NCBI GenBank assembly: GCA_020696365.1
Contig: JAEHCM010000006.1
Span: 19,484-83,483, forward strand
Direction: 5' to 3'
From: Thermoplasmata archaeon
GTDB taxonomy: Archaea > Thermoplasmatota > Thermoplasmata > UBA10834
Length of the DNA stretch: 64,000 bases
Shown here: in pieces, positions 20,075 through 29,375 of the stretch
Position numbering within the stretch: position 1 is the first letter of the stretch
Layout of the letters: each line of letters starts with the position of its first letter
Position numbers and translations under genes: made by a program
Notes under the pieces: generated by a model
Told to the model about the DNA's origin: nothing
Seen by the model: the letters and a program-made list of their open reading frames with translations, nothing else
The model's database searches: none

Positions 20075-21237
20075 CTCCTCAGAATCGATACGGAAACCGT
20101 GCCGCCGGAGCCGCCCACGTTGTGAATGAGTCCTATCTCCGCATCTCTCACCTGTCTGGCAGGCTTATCGACCGTCCCCCTGAGCTGGTTGAACATCTCA
20201 TAGGCCTGTCCGGTGCCAGTGGCGCCGATGGGGTGCCCTTTGGATTTGAGTCCCCCGCTCGCATTCACCGGTCTATCGCCATCGATCTGGGTGTGGCCAT
20301 CTTCGACGAACTGTCCTGCCTTGCCCTTCTCGCAGAAGCCCAGGTCCTCACACGCGAGAAGCTCTGCTATCGTGAAACAGTCGTGGACCTCGGCCAGCTG
20401 TATATCCTTCGCCGAGAGCCCGGCCATATCGTAGGCATTAGCAGCCGCTCTCTTCGTCCCTTCCAAAGTGACCGTGTTGATCCTGTCGTGGATCGCGAGA
20501 TAATCGCTCGACGAACCGAATCCAGCAATGTAGATGGGCGTGTCCGTAAACTCCTTCGCAAGCTCGGCATCGCAAACGAGCACCGATGACGCACCGTCAG
20601 TGGTAGAGCAGCAGTCGAACAGGTTCAGAGGATAGGCCACATAGGGGCTCTTCACGGCTTTCTCCAAGGTTATTTCCTTCTGGAACTGCGCCTTGGGGTT
20701 CTGCGCGCCATTCTTGTGATTCTTGACCGCTACCGCGGACAGGTGCTCCCTCGTCGTCCCGAACTCGTGCATGTGCCTATGGGCGATGAGGGCGTACAGT
20801 CCGGCGAAAGTCGTCCCTGCGAGTCGCTCGTATTCCGTATCTCCCGAGACGCCAAGCCAGTACTTCTGCTTCACACCAGAGACATCTGTCATCTTCTCAA
20901 CGCCGCCAGCAAGCACCACGTCGTGGGCTCCAGAGAGGACGTCCATGCACGCGGAGATGAGCGCATATCCTCCGGAAGCGCAGGCGTTCTCGACTCTCAC
21001 GGTGTGTATGTAGGGAAGGCCGACGAACTCCGACACAAGGGCAGACATGTTACCCAGCTGGAATCCGCCCGAGCCAAGGTTGCCGACATAGGCCGCTCCA
21101 ATGCGTCTGGAATCCATTCCCTTGTCAACGCTCTTCACCATGTCCTGATACGATTCTAGAAACAGCTCTTTGATGCCTTTCTCGGGAAAATCACCGTACC
21201 TACTCTGTCCGGCTCCAACGATCGCGACCTTTTTCAT
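20071..21237 (-). CDS. Archaeal-type thiolase (acetyl-CoA acetyltransferase family)
   Basis: VENACASG, EVHDCF, GHPIGATG. Confidence 0.92.
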   Translation of the reverse strand: MKKVAIVGAGQSRYGDFPEKGIKELFLESYQDMVKSVDKGMDSRRIGAAYVGNLGSGGFQLGNMSALVSEFVGLPYIHTVRVENACASGGYALISACMDVLSGAHDVVLAGGVEKMTDVSGVKQKYWLGVSGDTEYERLAGTTFAGLYALIAHRHMHEFGTTREHLSAVAVKNHKNGAQNPKAQFQKEITLEKAVKSPYVAYPLNLFDCCSTTDGASSVLVCDAELAKEFTDTPIYIAGFGSSSDYLAIHDRINTVTLEGTKRAAANAYDMAGLSAKDIQLAEVHDCFTIAELLACEDLGFCEKGKAGQFVEDGHTQIDGDRPVNASGGLKSKGHPIGATGTGQAYEMFNQLRGTVDKPARQVRDAEIGLIHNVGGSGGTVSVSILRR

Positions 21238-21354
21238 GTTGATTCCCTCGCCTCGCGCGCTGATGCGCGCCCGTACTGAAAAACTGTCATACGGGCATCA
21301 ATCAACGGCAGATTCTGCGAGTCTGGATTGGCATGTGTTGAAACAAGAGCTCGG

Positions 21355-21362
21355 ATATATAA
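21355..21362 (-). promoter_or_regulatory. Candidate TATA box of the thiolase operon
   Basis: TTATATAT on the minus strand, about 120 nt upstream of the thiolase ATG. Confidence 0.45.
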
Positions 21363-21558
21363 CGATTCGCGACCAACACTCACTACAACTCGCGCTTTTT
21401 AGACACTGCAATACGAATCACGATACCTCCCGTCGCAGAAGGATTACTGCGGAATTCGTATTCCTTAATCGACCTTCGTAACACTAGCCTACCCTCCGTG
21501 GGCAGAGGCTAAATAGAGAGTGAGACAATCGCCTTTTTGAGTCGATTGGACGAAGAGA

Positions 21559-22842
21559 ATGAACCTGATGCCACCTCGCACTGAAATATCGCTTTGGAAG
21601 GATGTCACGCCCGAACAGTGGAACGACTGGAAGTGGCAGGCGAGGAACAGGATTACCAAAGTGGAGGAACTCAAGGAAGTCATCAACCTAACGCCAGAAG
21701 AGGAAGAAGGCGTCCGCGAGTCTCTGAAGATACTGAGGATGGCCATCACACCGTACTACGCTTCCCTCATGGATCCTGCCGACCCTTACTGCCCGGTGAG
21801 AAAGCAAGCGGTGCCGACCATCAAGGAGCTGGACTTCGGAGAGGCGGACATGGAGGATCCACTGTTCGAGGATGTCGACTCCCCTGTTCACGGACTCACA
21901 CACCGATATCCCGACAAGGTGCTGTTCCTGATCACAGACCAGTGTGGAATGTACTGCAGACATTGCACGAGACGGCGCCTTGCGGGACAGACAGACCACG
22001 AGCGTGACAAGAGCACAATAGACGCCGCAATCAGGTACATAGCTGAGCACGACGAGGTCAGAGATGTCCTCCTCTCTGGCGGCGACCCGCTCCTGGTATC
22101 AGACGAAAGGCTTGAGGACATCATCTCCCGTCTCCAGAAGATAGACCATGTGGACATCGTCAGGATTGGTAGCAGGGCGCCTTGCACGCTCCCGCAGAGG
22201 GTTACGCCGAAGCTATGCGAGCTGCTGAAGAAGCACCATCCCATATGGCTAAACACGCACTTCAACCATCCAAAGGAGATCACACCAGAATCCAAGAAAG
22301 CCGTGGAGATGCTGGCCGATGCAGGTGTGCCCGTCGGGAACCAGTCTGTCCTGTTAAAAGGGGTCAACGACTGCCCCACGATCATGAAGAAGCTGGTGCA
22401 GGATCTCGTCAAGATAAGATGTCGTCCATATTACTTCTATCAATGCGACATATCGAGAGGCATAGAGCATTTCAGGACATCAGTCGCGAAGGGCATCGAG
22501 ATTTCCGAAGCCCTGAGGGGGCACACATCCGGATTCGCGGTTCCGGACTTCATCCTGGACGCTCCAGGTGGCGGAGGCAAGATACCTCTTGCCCCACAGT
22601 ACCTGATATCGATGTCAGACAAGCGTGTCGTCGTCCGGAATTACGAGGGTGGTATATTCCAGTACCCTGAGCCGAAAGACAGGGTCAGCGTCTGTCCACC
22701 CACCTGCAAGATGTGCGACGAATACTCGAAGATCGAAAGCAGGGAAGGCGTGGCCGGCGTTCTCTCAGGGCAGAAATTCGCGCTGATACCAGAAGGAAGC
22801 GCCCGTGCACAACGCCGCGAGAAGTTCGGAAAGAAGACGTGA
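21559..22842 (+). CDS. kamA: Lysine 2,3-aminomutase (radical SAM/PLP)
   Basis: CGMYCRHC, YQCD and LDAPGGGGK (lysine-type Asp residues plus the PLP Lys). Confidence 0.92.
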   Translation: MNLMPPRTEISLWKDVTPEQWNDWKWQARNRITKVEELKEVINLTPEEEEGVRESLKILRMAITPYYASLMDPADPYCPVRKQAVPTIKELDFGEADMEDPLFEDVDSPVHGLTHRYPDKVLFLITDQCGMYCRHCTRRRLAGQTDHERDKSTIDAAIRYIAEHDEVRDVLLSGGDPLLVSDERLEDIISRLQKIDHVDIVRIGSRAPCTLPQRVTPKLCELLKKHHPIWLNTHFNHPKEITPESKKAVEMLADAGVPVGNQSVLLKGVNDCPTIMKKLVQDLVKIRCRPYYFYQCDISRGIEHFRTSVAKGIEISEALRGHTSGFAVPDFILDAPGGGGKIPLAPQYLISMSDKRVVVRNYEGGIFQYPEPKDRVSVCPPTCKMCDEYSKIESREGVAGVLSGQKFALIPEGSARAQRREKFGKKT

Positions 22843-22933
22843 CTGGCTAGCTTCCGGCAACCAAATCCACTCATTCCGAAAGGATTAAAAACGAACAGCA
22901 TATCATTCCTTTCGGTTTTCGCGAGGCGAGTGC

Positions 22934-24130
22934 ATGGAAAGGAACATTCTGATTGAGGAACTCACGCACACCCCGGTCGAGCAGCAGGTAATCGAATTCG
23001 TCGAGCGAAAAGGCATCGGCCATCCTGATTCGATAGCTGACGGCCTTGCAGAGAGCGTCAGCAGAGCACTATGTAAGATGTATCTCGAGCGGTACGACCG
23101 CATACTACACCACAACACTGACGAGACACAGATTGTTGGCGGTCAGTCCGCACCTAAGTTCGGAGGAGGAGCGATCCTCGAACCGGTGTACATCCTCCTC
23201 GTTGGCAGAGCGACGACCAATGTCGACGGGGAACGGCTCCCGTACAGGACATGCGCCATGAAGGCGGCCTATTCATATCTTGAACGAACCTGCAAGAGCC
23301 TTGATGTCGATTGGGGGGTTGTCCTCGATTGCATGATAGGTGAGGGCAGTGTCGACCTCAGAGGTGTGTATGAGACACAGCGACGACTCGCTAACGACAC
23401 ATCCTTCGGCGTCGGCTTCGCTCCTTTGAGCGAGACGGAGCAGATAACTCTCAACACGGAACGGTACATCAACGGGGATTTGTGTAAGATCCTTCCTGAG
23501 ATAGGTGAGGACGTCAAAGTCATGAGCTTCAGGAACGGATCCAAGATTGACATAACAATCGCTACCGCGATTGTGTCCTCTAAAGTCTCGGACAAAGACC
23601 ACTACAAGAGCGTGATTGAACAATGCACGAGCAAGGTCGCTGACTTCGCGTCGAAATACACTGACAGAGACCTCAGCGTTTTCGTCAACACGGCAGATGA
23701 TTACAGTAAGGACATCTACTATCTGACCGTCTCGGGTCTTTCGATGGAGAACGGTGACGATGGCTCTGTCGGCAGGGGCAACCGTGCGAACGGCCTCATC
23801 ACCCCCATGAGGCCAATGAGCATGGAAGCTTCTGCCGGGAAGAACCCCGTGACCCATGTTGGAAAGTTGTACAACATACTGTCGAGCCAGGTGGCAAAGA
23901 GGATTTATGATATGGCTGGCGGAGACATACTGGAAGTTAACACGAGGATTCTCTCCCAGATCGGCAAACCCATCGACTATCCACATGCGGCCAATGCGAA
24001 CATCATATACGCCCCGAATGTCGACAAAGCGAAGTATGACCGGGAGGCCCGCGCCATATACGATGAAATGCTCCAGAACATGGACCGCCTAACGATGGAC
24101 ATCGTCGAAGGAAAGATCACGGTGTTCTGA
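22934..24130 (+). CDS. mat: Archaeal methionine adenosyltransferase
   Basis: VERKGIGHPDSIAD, ENGDDGSVGRGNR, GKNPVTHVGKLYN. Confidence 0.95.
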   Translation: MERNILIEELTHTPVEQQVIEFVERKGIGHPDSIADGLAESVSRALCKMYLERYDRILHHNTDETQIVGGQSAPKFGGGAILEPVYILLVGRATTNVDGERLPYRTCAMKAAYSYLERTCKSLDVDWGVVLDCMIGEGSVDLRGVYETQRRLANDTSFGVGFAPLSETEQITLNTERYINGDLCKILPEIGEDVKVMSFRNGSKIDITIATAIVSSKVSDKDHYKSVIEQCTSKVADFASKYTDRDLSVFVNTADDYSKDIYYLTVSGLSMENGDDGSVGRGNRANGLITPMRPMSMEASAGKNPVTHVGKLYNILSSQVAKRIYDMAGGDILEVNTRILSQIGKPIDYPHAANANIIYAPNVDKAKYDREARAIYDEMLQNMDRLTMDIVEGKITVF

Positions 24131-24199
24131 GCAGGTGACAACCATCGGCGTGGATAGAATCACTCATGACCAGGAATGGATCGACGCACTTCCTGGGCT

Positions 24200-27100
24200 T
24201 CACTCCGGTTTCTCCAGTTGGTCTTCTCTTGTCCTCAATAACTGAGCCAACTGAGCTAGCTCTTCCTCGATGCTGTGCAGGCGCTCCCACTCGGATTCGA
24301 GCCGCTGCTCGTCATGCCTGAGCGCCTCCTCGCGCTCAGCGAGGCGCAGGTATGTGTCATCCAACTCTGACTTCTTACGCTCGAGCTCCTCTATGGTCTT
24401 CCCATCCACGGTCGAGAGGCCTTCCTTCGCGCCCTCTAACCTGTTCCAGAGATCCTCCACCTCGACCCTCTCCTTTTCCAGACGGTCGATCTCCAGAACT
24501 ATGGCACTCTCCCTGCCCTCGAGATCTCGCTCCCTCATCTTGACAGATTCCTCCATCTGCCTGAGGTCCACCTCACGCTTGAGCGCCGCCTCGTCCGATA
24601 ACTCTTGCCTGCCGGATCGCGCCGCCGCGGCCTCCGCCTCCTTGGTCAGCTCGGCTACCCGCTCGCGGACCTCCTCCTCGACCTTCTCGCGCCTAGATTG
24701 CAGCTCGAGCCTCCATGTCTCGAGCTCTTCCCTCAGTTGCTCGAGTCCGCGCTCCTTCTCTTCGACATGACCGCGCTCCGTCTCAGTCTCCACCTGTAGC
24801 AGCTCGAACTCGTTCAGGTTCCTCTCGAACTCCAACATGCGCTGATCGAGTTCACGCTCCTTCACATCGGTCTCCTCTTTCTTGTGGACGATCTCATCGG
24901 CCACGCTCTTGTATTCGTCTGCCGACTGAGCCATCTCATCCTCACGCTTGCTGATTGCGTGCTCTGCCGTCTCCAGCCTCGCTCTCAACTCGTTTATCTC
25001 AGACTCCTTTCCTGCTATGATAAGGGATTTCTCGGAAATCTCAGATTCACTCCTTGCAAGGGCTTCGTCCTTCACAGCGAGGCGCGCCTGGGTCTCGGCG
25101 AGCTCCGCTGACGCCTCCTGGAGTCCGGTGCGCTCCTGCTCGAGTTCCTCGCGCATGCGCTCGAGCGCGGTTCTCTCACCCTCCATCTTGGTCTGCTCGG
25201 CCGCCTCGAGGCTGGAGAACGCTGCCTCGCGGGCATCAAGCTCGGACTCCCGCTTGCGAAGAGTCTCTTGAAGTGATTCCAACTCCCCGCGTCGCTCCTC
25301 GGCCGATTCAGCCTCCGTTTGGAGACGGGAGTTCGTCTCGCTCTCAGACCGTTCTAACTCTGCCTTCCACGTCTCGATCTCTTCGGACATGGATCTGAGT
25401 TCGGCATCTTTGGCATCCTGGGAGGACTTCAACTGCTCGATTTGTGACTCACGCTGCTGGATCTCGGCCTCCCTCTCAGCGAGTCTGGAAGCCTTTGCCT
25501 CAAGTTCCGACTCACGCTCCGCAACCTGCTCGACCGACCGTCCCAGGGCAACTGCATTATCCTTCTTCTCCTCGAGAAGCCTAGTCTCCTCCTCCATTCG
25601 AGATTTGGACTCATCCAAGGCTGCGCGTTCATCGACCAAGCGAGCTCTATCCTCCTCGATTGACGCCGCCATGCTTCGAATCTCATCTTCCCGAGCGGAT
25701 AGCTCATTCTTCTGCTCGGTGACAGCAGCCGTTGCAGCCGCCAACTCGGCGGCTCTCGACTCTGCCTCCTTTGACATTTCATCGATCGACGAGCTTCGCG
25801 TCTCGTGATGCGATTCCATATCGCCCACTGCGGCCTCGCGCTCTTCTATTGCACGAACCTTCTCGGCGAGCTCCTGTTGAAGAGTCGCCAGCTCAGCCAT
25901 CTTGGTCCCGAGTTCGTCCGACTTCGAGTCGAAGTCTCCATGCCTCTCCTCCACTGTGGCATGCAATCTCGCGAGCTCCTCCTTCTCGGCCTCCAGACGC
26001 TCTCTCTCCCCACTGACAGAGGACCTCTCAGCGTCCGCGTCCCGCCTCATCGACTCGATATCGTTGAGGGCCTGGTCACGCTCCGACAAGAACGCCTGCC
26101 TCTCATTCTCCAGACTAGTCCTTTCAGCTTCGACTTCTCTTCGCATGCCGTCAAGAGACGCCTTGTCTAGCTCCACCGCCTTCTGCGATTCTTCAAGCTG
26201 GGTCTCCATGTCTTCGATGGAGCGGCGCGTCTCGGCGATCCTCTCCTCTCTCTCATCGACCTCGGCCTGGAGCTGGGTCATCTCGGACTTCATCTTCTCA
26301 AGGCTGGCGACCTCCTCCTGGGTCTTCTCCCGCTCGATGCACATGCTCTCGTCGAAAGATCGTCGCTCTCCTTCCAAAGATTCTATCTTCGACGTGATCT
26401 CAGCAGTGCGCGACTCGAGGTCGGACTCCCTCTCCCGGACCTGAATCTCCCTTGACGAGAGATCCGCGTCTCGTTGAGCCGCACCCGCCGCCATGTCCTC
26501 CAGTTCGCTCTTCCACGAGTCCAGCTCCTGCCTCACCCGTTCGTCCTCTGCCATGCGCTCCTCGACCGCTGACTTCTCTGACTCGAGCTTCTGGAGTTCG
26601 TCGTCGAGCGCGGACTTCCGAGAGGCCAATTCAGTCTGCTCGTTATCTATCGATGCTACATGCTCAGCGACCTTGCGCTCCCTCTCCTCGACGGTAGTCC
26701 TCATGTTCTGGAGCATTTGGGCCGTGGACCGAAGGTCCTCCTGCCTCGCAAGGATGTCCCTCTCTAGTGTCTCAAACTCCTCGTTCTTCTGCCCCTGTTC
26801 CCGCCTAAGCTGGTCGAGCTCTACACGCTCCTCCGCCATCCGAAGCTCCGAAGCGGCAACATCGCTGGACCTCTTGTCGAGGATGGCCTGCATCTCCTGG
26901 ATTGAGTAATCCCTCTCTTCCAGCTCTTTCCGGTCTTCCTCCAGCTTCGCCGATAGCCCGTCAAGCTCCTTCTGCCTCGGCCCCGTTGTACTGTCGAACT
27001 GCTCCTTCTCTTCGTTCAAAGCAATCTTGGCCTGCTCAACCGACCTGCGGTCCGCATCAATCTGTTCCCTGAGACGGTCACGCTCCTCCGTGAACTGCTC

Positions 27101-29278
27101 GCGCTCCGTCCTGAGCTCCTCGGCCTGGGTTTTCACCTCTCCACTGAGGCGCTCAGCCTCAGCCTTCGTCTCGGTTATCCCCCGCTCGCGCGCCTCCAGT
27201 TCTTCTGAAGTCTCCTTCAGGCTAGCGCCCCTCTCCTTCAGCTGTATCTCCAATTCCTCGAGCGACGCCGACCTCGCCTCGGTGTCCCTTCGGAACCGCT
27301 CCTCATCTCCATGCACGCGTTCCTCACGTTTGTCCAATTCCAGGGACTTCTGTGTGGTCTCCGCCTTTCTAGACTCTATCTCCTCGGAAAACCTCCGTTG
27401 CTCTTCGTCTAATGACGCCTCCCTGTCCTTCGCAGCCGTCTCCGCAAGTGCCGCCTTGTCGACCGCCTGCCGCGCATCGGACTCCCGGGCGGCTACCTCC
27501 CTTTCTCGGGCGGCCGCCTCCTCCTGCTTCAACGATATCTGCTCCTCGCGCTTGACCAACGATTGCTCACTTGCGGTGAGTCTCGTTCTGAGGTTCTCCA
27601 ATTCCCTTGTCAGGTTTGAAAGTGATTCCTCGCGCTCAGATAGCTCCTTCGCCGAGCGTTCCACCGCAGCTCTCGCCCTGCTCGATTCAGCCTCGTGAGA
27701 AGTCTTGAGCCGCTCCAGCCCCTCACTGTCCGAATCGACGAGAGCCCTCGCCTTCTCAATCTCCACCTTCTCGATCGCCAGACCGTGCTCCTTCTCAGCA
27801 AGTCGAGCCTCGATCGACCTAGCATCCTCCAACGATTTCGCCGTCTGGCGCTCCTTATCTTGAATGCGGCTGAGCTGTTCATCTAGGGCCTCCCGGTCTG
27901 CCTCGACTCTCTCCGTCAGATCGGCCAGCTTGCTGCGGTCTGCCTCTAGACGCTTCTGCTCGTTCTGCAGTTCCATCAAACGCTGCTCCGTCTTCAGGGT
28001 GACAATTCTGTCGAGCTGATGATACCTGGATTCAACTTCTCGCTCCATCGCCTGCAGGCGCGATTTCTTCGAGTCAAGCTCACCCATCTCCTTCACGAGC
28101 TTCGAACGAATCTTGGATGTGAGCGCCGCCTCCTCGCGGGTCAGTCTTATCCTGAACTCCTCGAGCTCCTTCCTGGTCTGCCGCACTCTCACAAGCGTCT
28201 GTCTAATCTCCTGACGGTCCTTCTCCAGCGCCTCACGCTCGGCCGAGACCGCCTTCGCCTGCGCAGACAGCTTTTCCTCTTTCGCGGAGAGAGTTCTGCG
28301 CTCGTCCGCAATCTTCTCCATCTCGATGATCATCTCATCTTGCTTCAACTCAACGATTAGCCTGTTCTCGACGTCGGGCATGGGCGCGACCTGCTCGACT
28401 CCGTCGGCGGAGAAGACCTCCAACTCCCTCTGGATGGAGGCAAGCTTCGAAGACTCAAGCGTCGACGCCTTCAAAGACACAATGCAGACCGCCTTCTGGA
28501 CCGCTATCTGGTCCCTGATCGTCTGGACCAGCCGCAACACGCTCACGAATTTGTTGTTAGTAATGAGATACTCAAGTGAATCTATAAGCACCAACTGTCC
28601 GTTTCCCTCTTCGAGGAATCGCCGAATCGTCAGGGTGAGACGCTCGAGGTCCTTCGGACCGATCGCCTCGTCACTCATGGCGTTGGTCAACCAGTAGATG
28701 GGCACGTCTCCGAGTTCAAGAGCCTTCCTGAGATTCCTCGGATAGGTCCTCGTCACGATCATTCCCACTTTTCCCTGAGCCTTGCACGCCAGGAAAAGAG
28801 AGTATGCTAGTTCTGGCTTCTCCTCCTCGATAAGATAGGTCATAGAAGGCTCGAGCTTCTTCACCAGGTCGTCGTGGGTAAGTGCACGGTCGCCTTCCTC
28901 TACCGGCAGACCGTCAGGCACAGAAATGGATTCGTCCGACGCAACTGACTCATCAGCAGGCGGCGCGTCAGCAGATTCCGATTCTCTCTCGGTAGGCTCA
29001 GAGGCTACTTCAGAGTCTGTAGTCCCAATCTCGGGCGCCCTCGCAGCGTCTGGAACAGGCTCCCTCTCGGGCACGGAGTCTCCCACCTTGTCAGACTCTT
29101 CCGTCACCTCGGGTTCCTCGCGGCCCGTCTCCTCCGATTCCTCGGGCTGGGGCTCGTCCCGCTCCGCCCCATCAGGGAGGGTATCCTCTGGTTTCTCTTC
29201 CGGAGCGTCATCTTCCTCAATCTCTTCCTCCGGCTCGGACCGCGATGCTATCTCCCTAGCTCTGTCCCTCAAGCCCAT
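24200..29278 (-). CDS. Giant coiled-coil protein with acidic N-terminus and DUF835 domain (~1690 aa)
   Basis: Long uninterrupted ORF; DUF835-like segment at about 28412-28855 (YLIEEEKP...VLIDSLEYLITNN); the rest is E/R/L-rich helical sequence. Confidence 0.85.
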   Translation of the reverse strand: MGLRDRAREIASRSEPEEEIEEDDAPEEKPEDTLPDGAERDEPQPEESEETGREEPEVTEESDKVGDSVPEREPVPDAARAPEIGTTDSEVASEPTERESESADAPPADESVASDESISVPDGLPVEEGDRALTHDDLVKKLEPSMTYLIEEEKPELAYSLFLACKAQGKVGMIVTRTYPRNLRKALELGDVPIYWLTNAMSDEAIGPKDLERLTLTIRRFLEEGNGQLVLIDSLEYLITNNKFVSVLRLVQTIRDQIAVQKAVCIVSLKASTLESSKLASIQRELEVFSADGVEQVAPMPDVENRLIVELKQDEMIIEMEKIADERRTLSAKEEKLSAQAKAVSAEREALEKDRQEIRQTLVRVRQTRKELEEFRIRLTREEAALTSKIRSKLVKEMGELDSKKSRLQAMEREVESRYHQLDRIVTLKTEQRLMELQNEQKRLEADRSKLADLTERVEADREALDEQLSRIQDKERQTAKSLEDARSIEARLAEKEHGLAIEKVEIEKARALVDSDSEGLERLKTSHEAESSRARAAVERSAKELSEREESLSNLTRELENLRTRLTASEQSLVKREEQISLKQEEAAAREREVAARESDARQAVDKAALAETAAKDREASLDEEQRRFSEEIESRKAETTQKSLELDKREERVHGDEERFRRDTEARSASLEELEIQLKERGASLKETSEELEARERGITETKAEAERLSGEVKTQAEELRTEREQFTEERDRLREQIDADRRSVEQAKIALNEEKEQFDSTTGPRQKELDGLSAKLEEDRKELEERDYSIQEMQAILDKRSSDVAASELRMAEERVELDQLRREQGQKNEEFETLERDILARQEDLRSTAQMLQNMRTTVEERERKVAEHVASIDNEQTELASRKSALDDELQKLESEKSAVEERMAEDERVRQELDSWKSELEDMAAGAAQRDADLSSREIQVRERESDLESRTAEITSKIESLEGERRSFDESMCIEREKTQEEVASLEKMKSEMTQLQAEVDEREERIAETRRSIEDMETQLEESQKAVELDKASLDGMRREVEAERTSLENERQAFLSERDQALNDIESMRRDADAERSSVSGERERLEAEKEELARLHATVEERHGDFDSKSDELGTKMAELATLQQELAEKVRAIEEREAAVGDMESHHETRSSSIDEMSKEAESRAAELAAATAAVTEQKNELSAREDEIRSMAASIEEDRARLVDERAALDESKSRMEEETRLLEEKKDNAVALGRSVEQVAERESELEAKASRLAEREAEIQQRESQIEQLKSSQDAKDAELRSMSEEIETWKAELERSESETNSRLQTEAESAEERRGELESLQETLRKRESELDAREAAFSSLEAAEQTKMEGERTALERMREELEQERTGLQEASAELAETQARLAVKDEALARSESEISEKSLIIAGKESEINELRARLETAEHAISKREDEMAQSADEYKSVADEIVHKKEETDVKERELDQRMLEFERNLNEFELLQVETETERGHVEEKERGLEQLREELETWRLELQSRREKVEEEVRERVAELTKEAEAAAARSGRQELSDEAALKREVDLRQMEESVKMRERDLEGRESAIVLEIDRLEKERVEVEDLWNRLEGAKEGLSTVDGKTIEELERKKSELDDTYLRLAEREEALRHDEQRLESEWERLHSIEEELAQLAQLLRTREDQLEKPE

Positions 29279-29375
29279 GATCGCAATGCTCCGCGTGCCA
29301 AACACGGTGTCAGGGGGGTGACGCACCGTGCTTCTGTCTCTGTGAGATATATGTTGCCATACATTAAATCATACG

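Noticed and set aside
24200-29278. SMC/Rad50 call for the giant coiled-coil protein
   Set aside because: No Walker A/B, signature motif or hinge/hook recognised.
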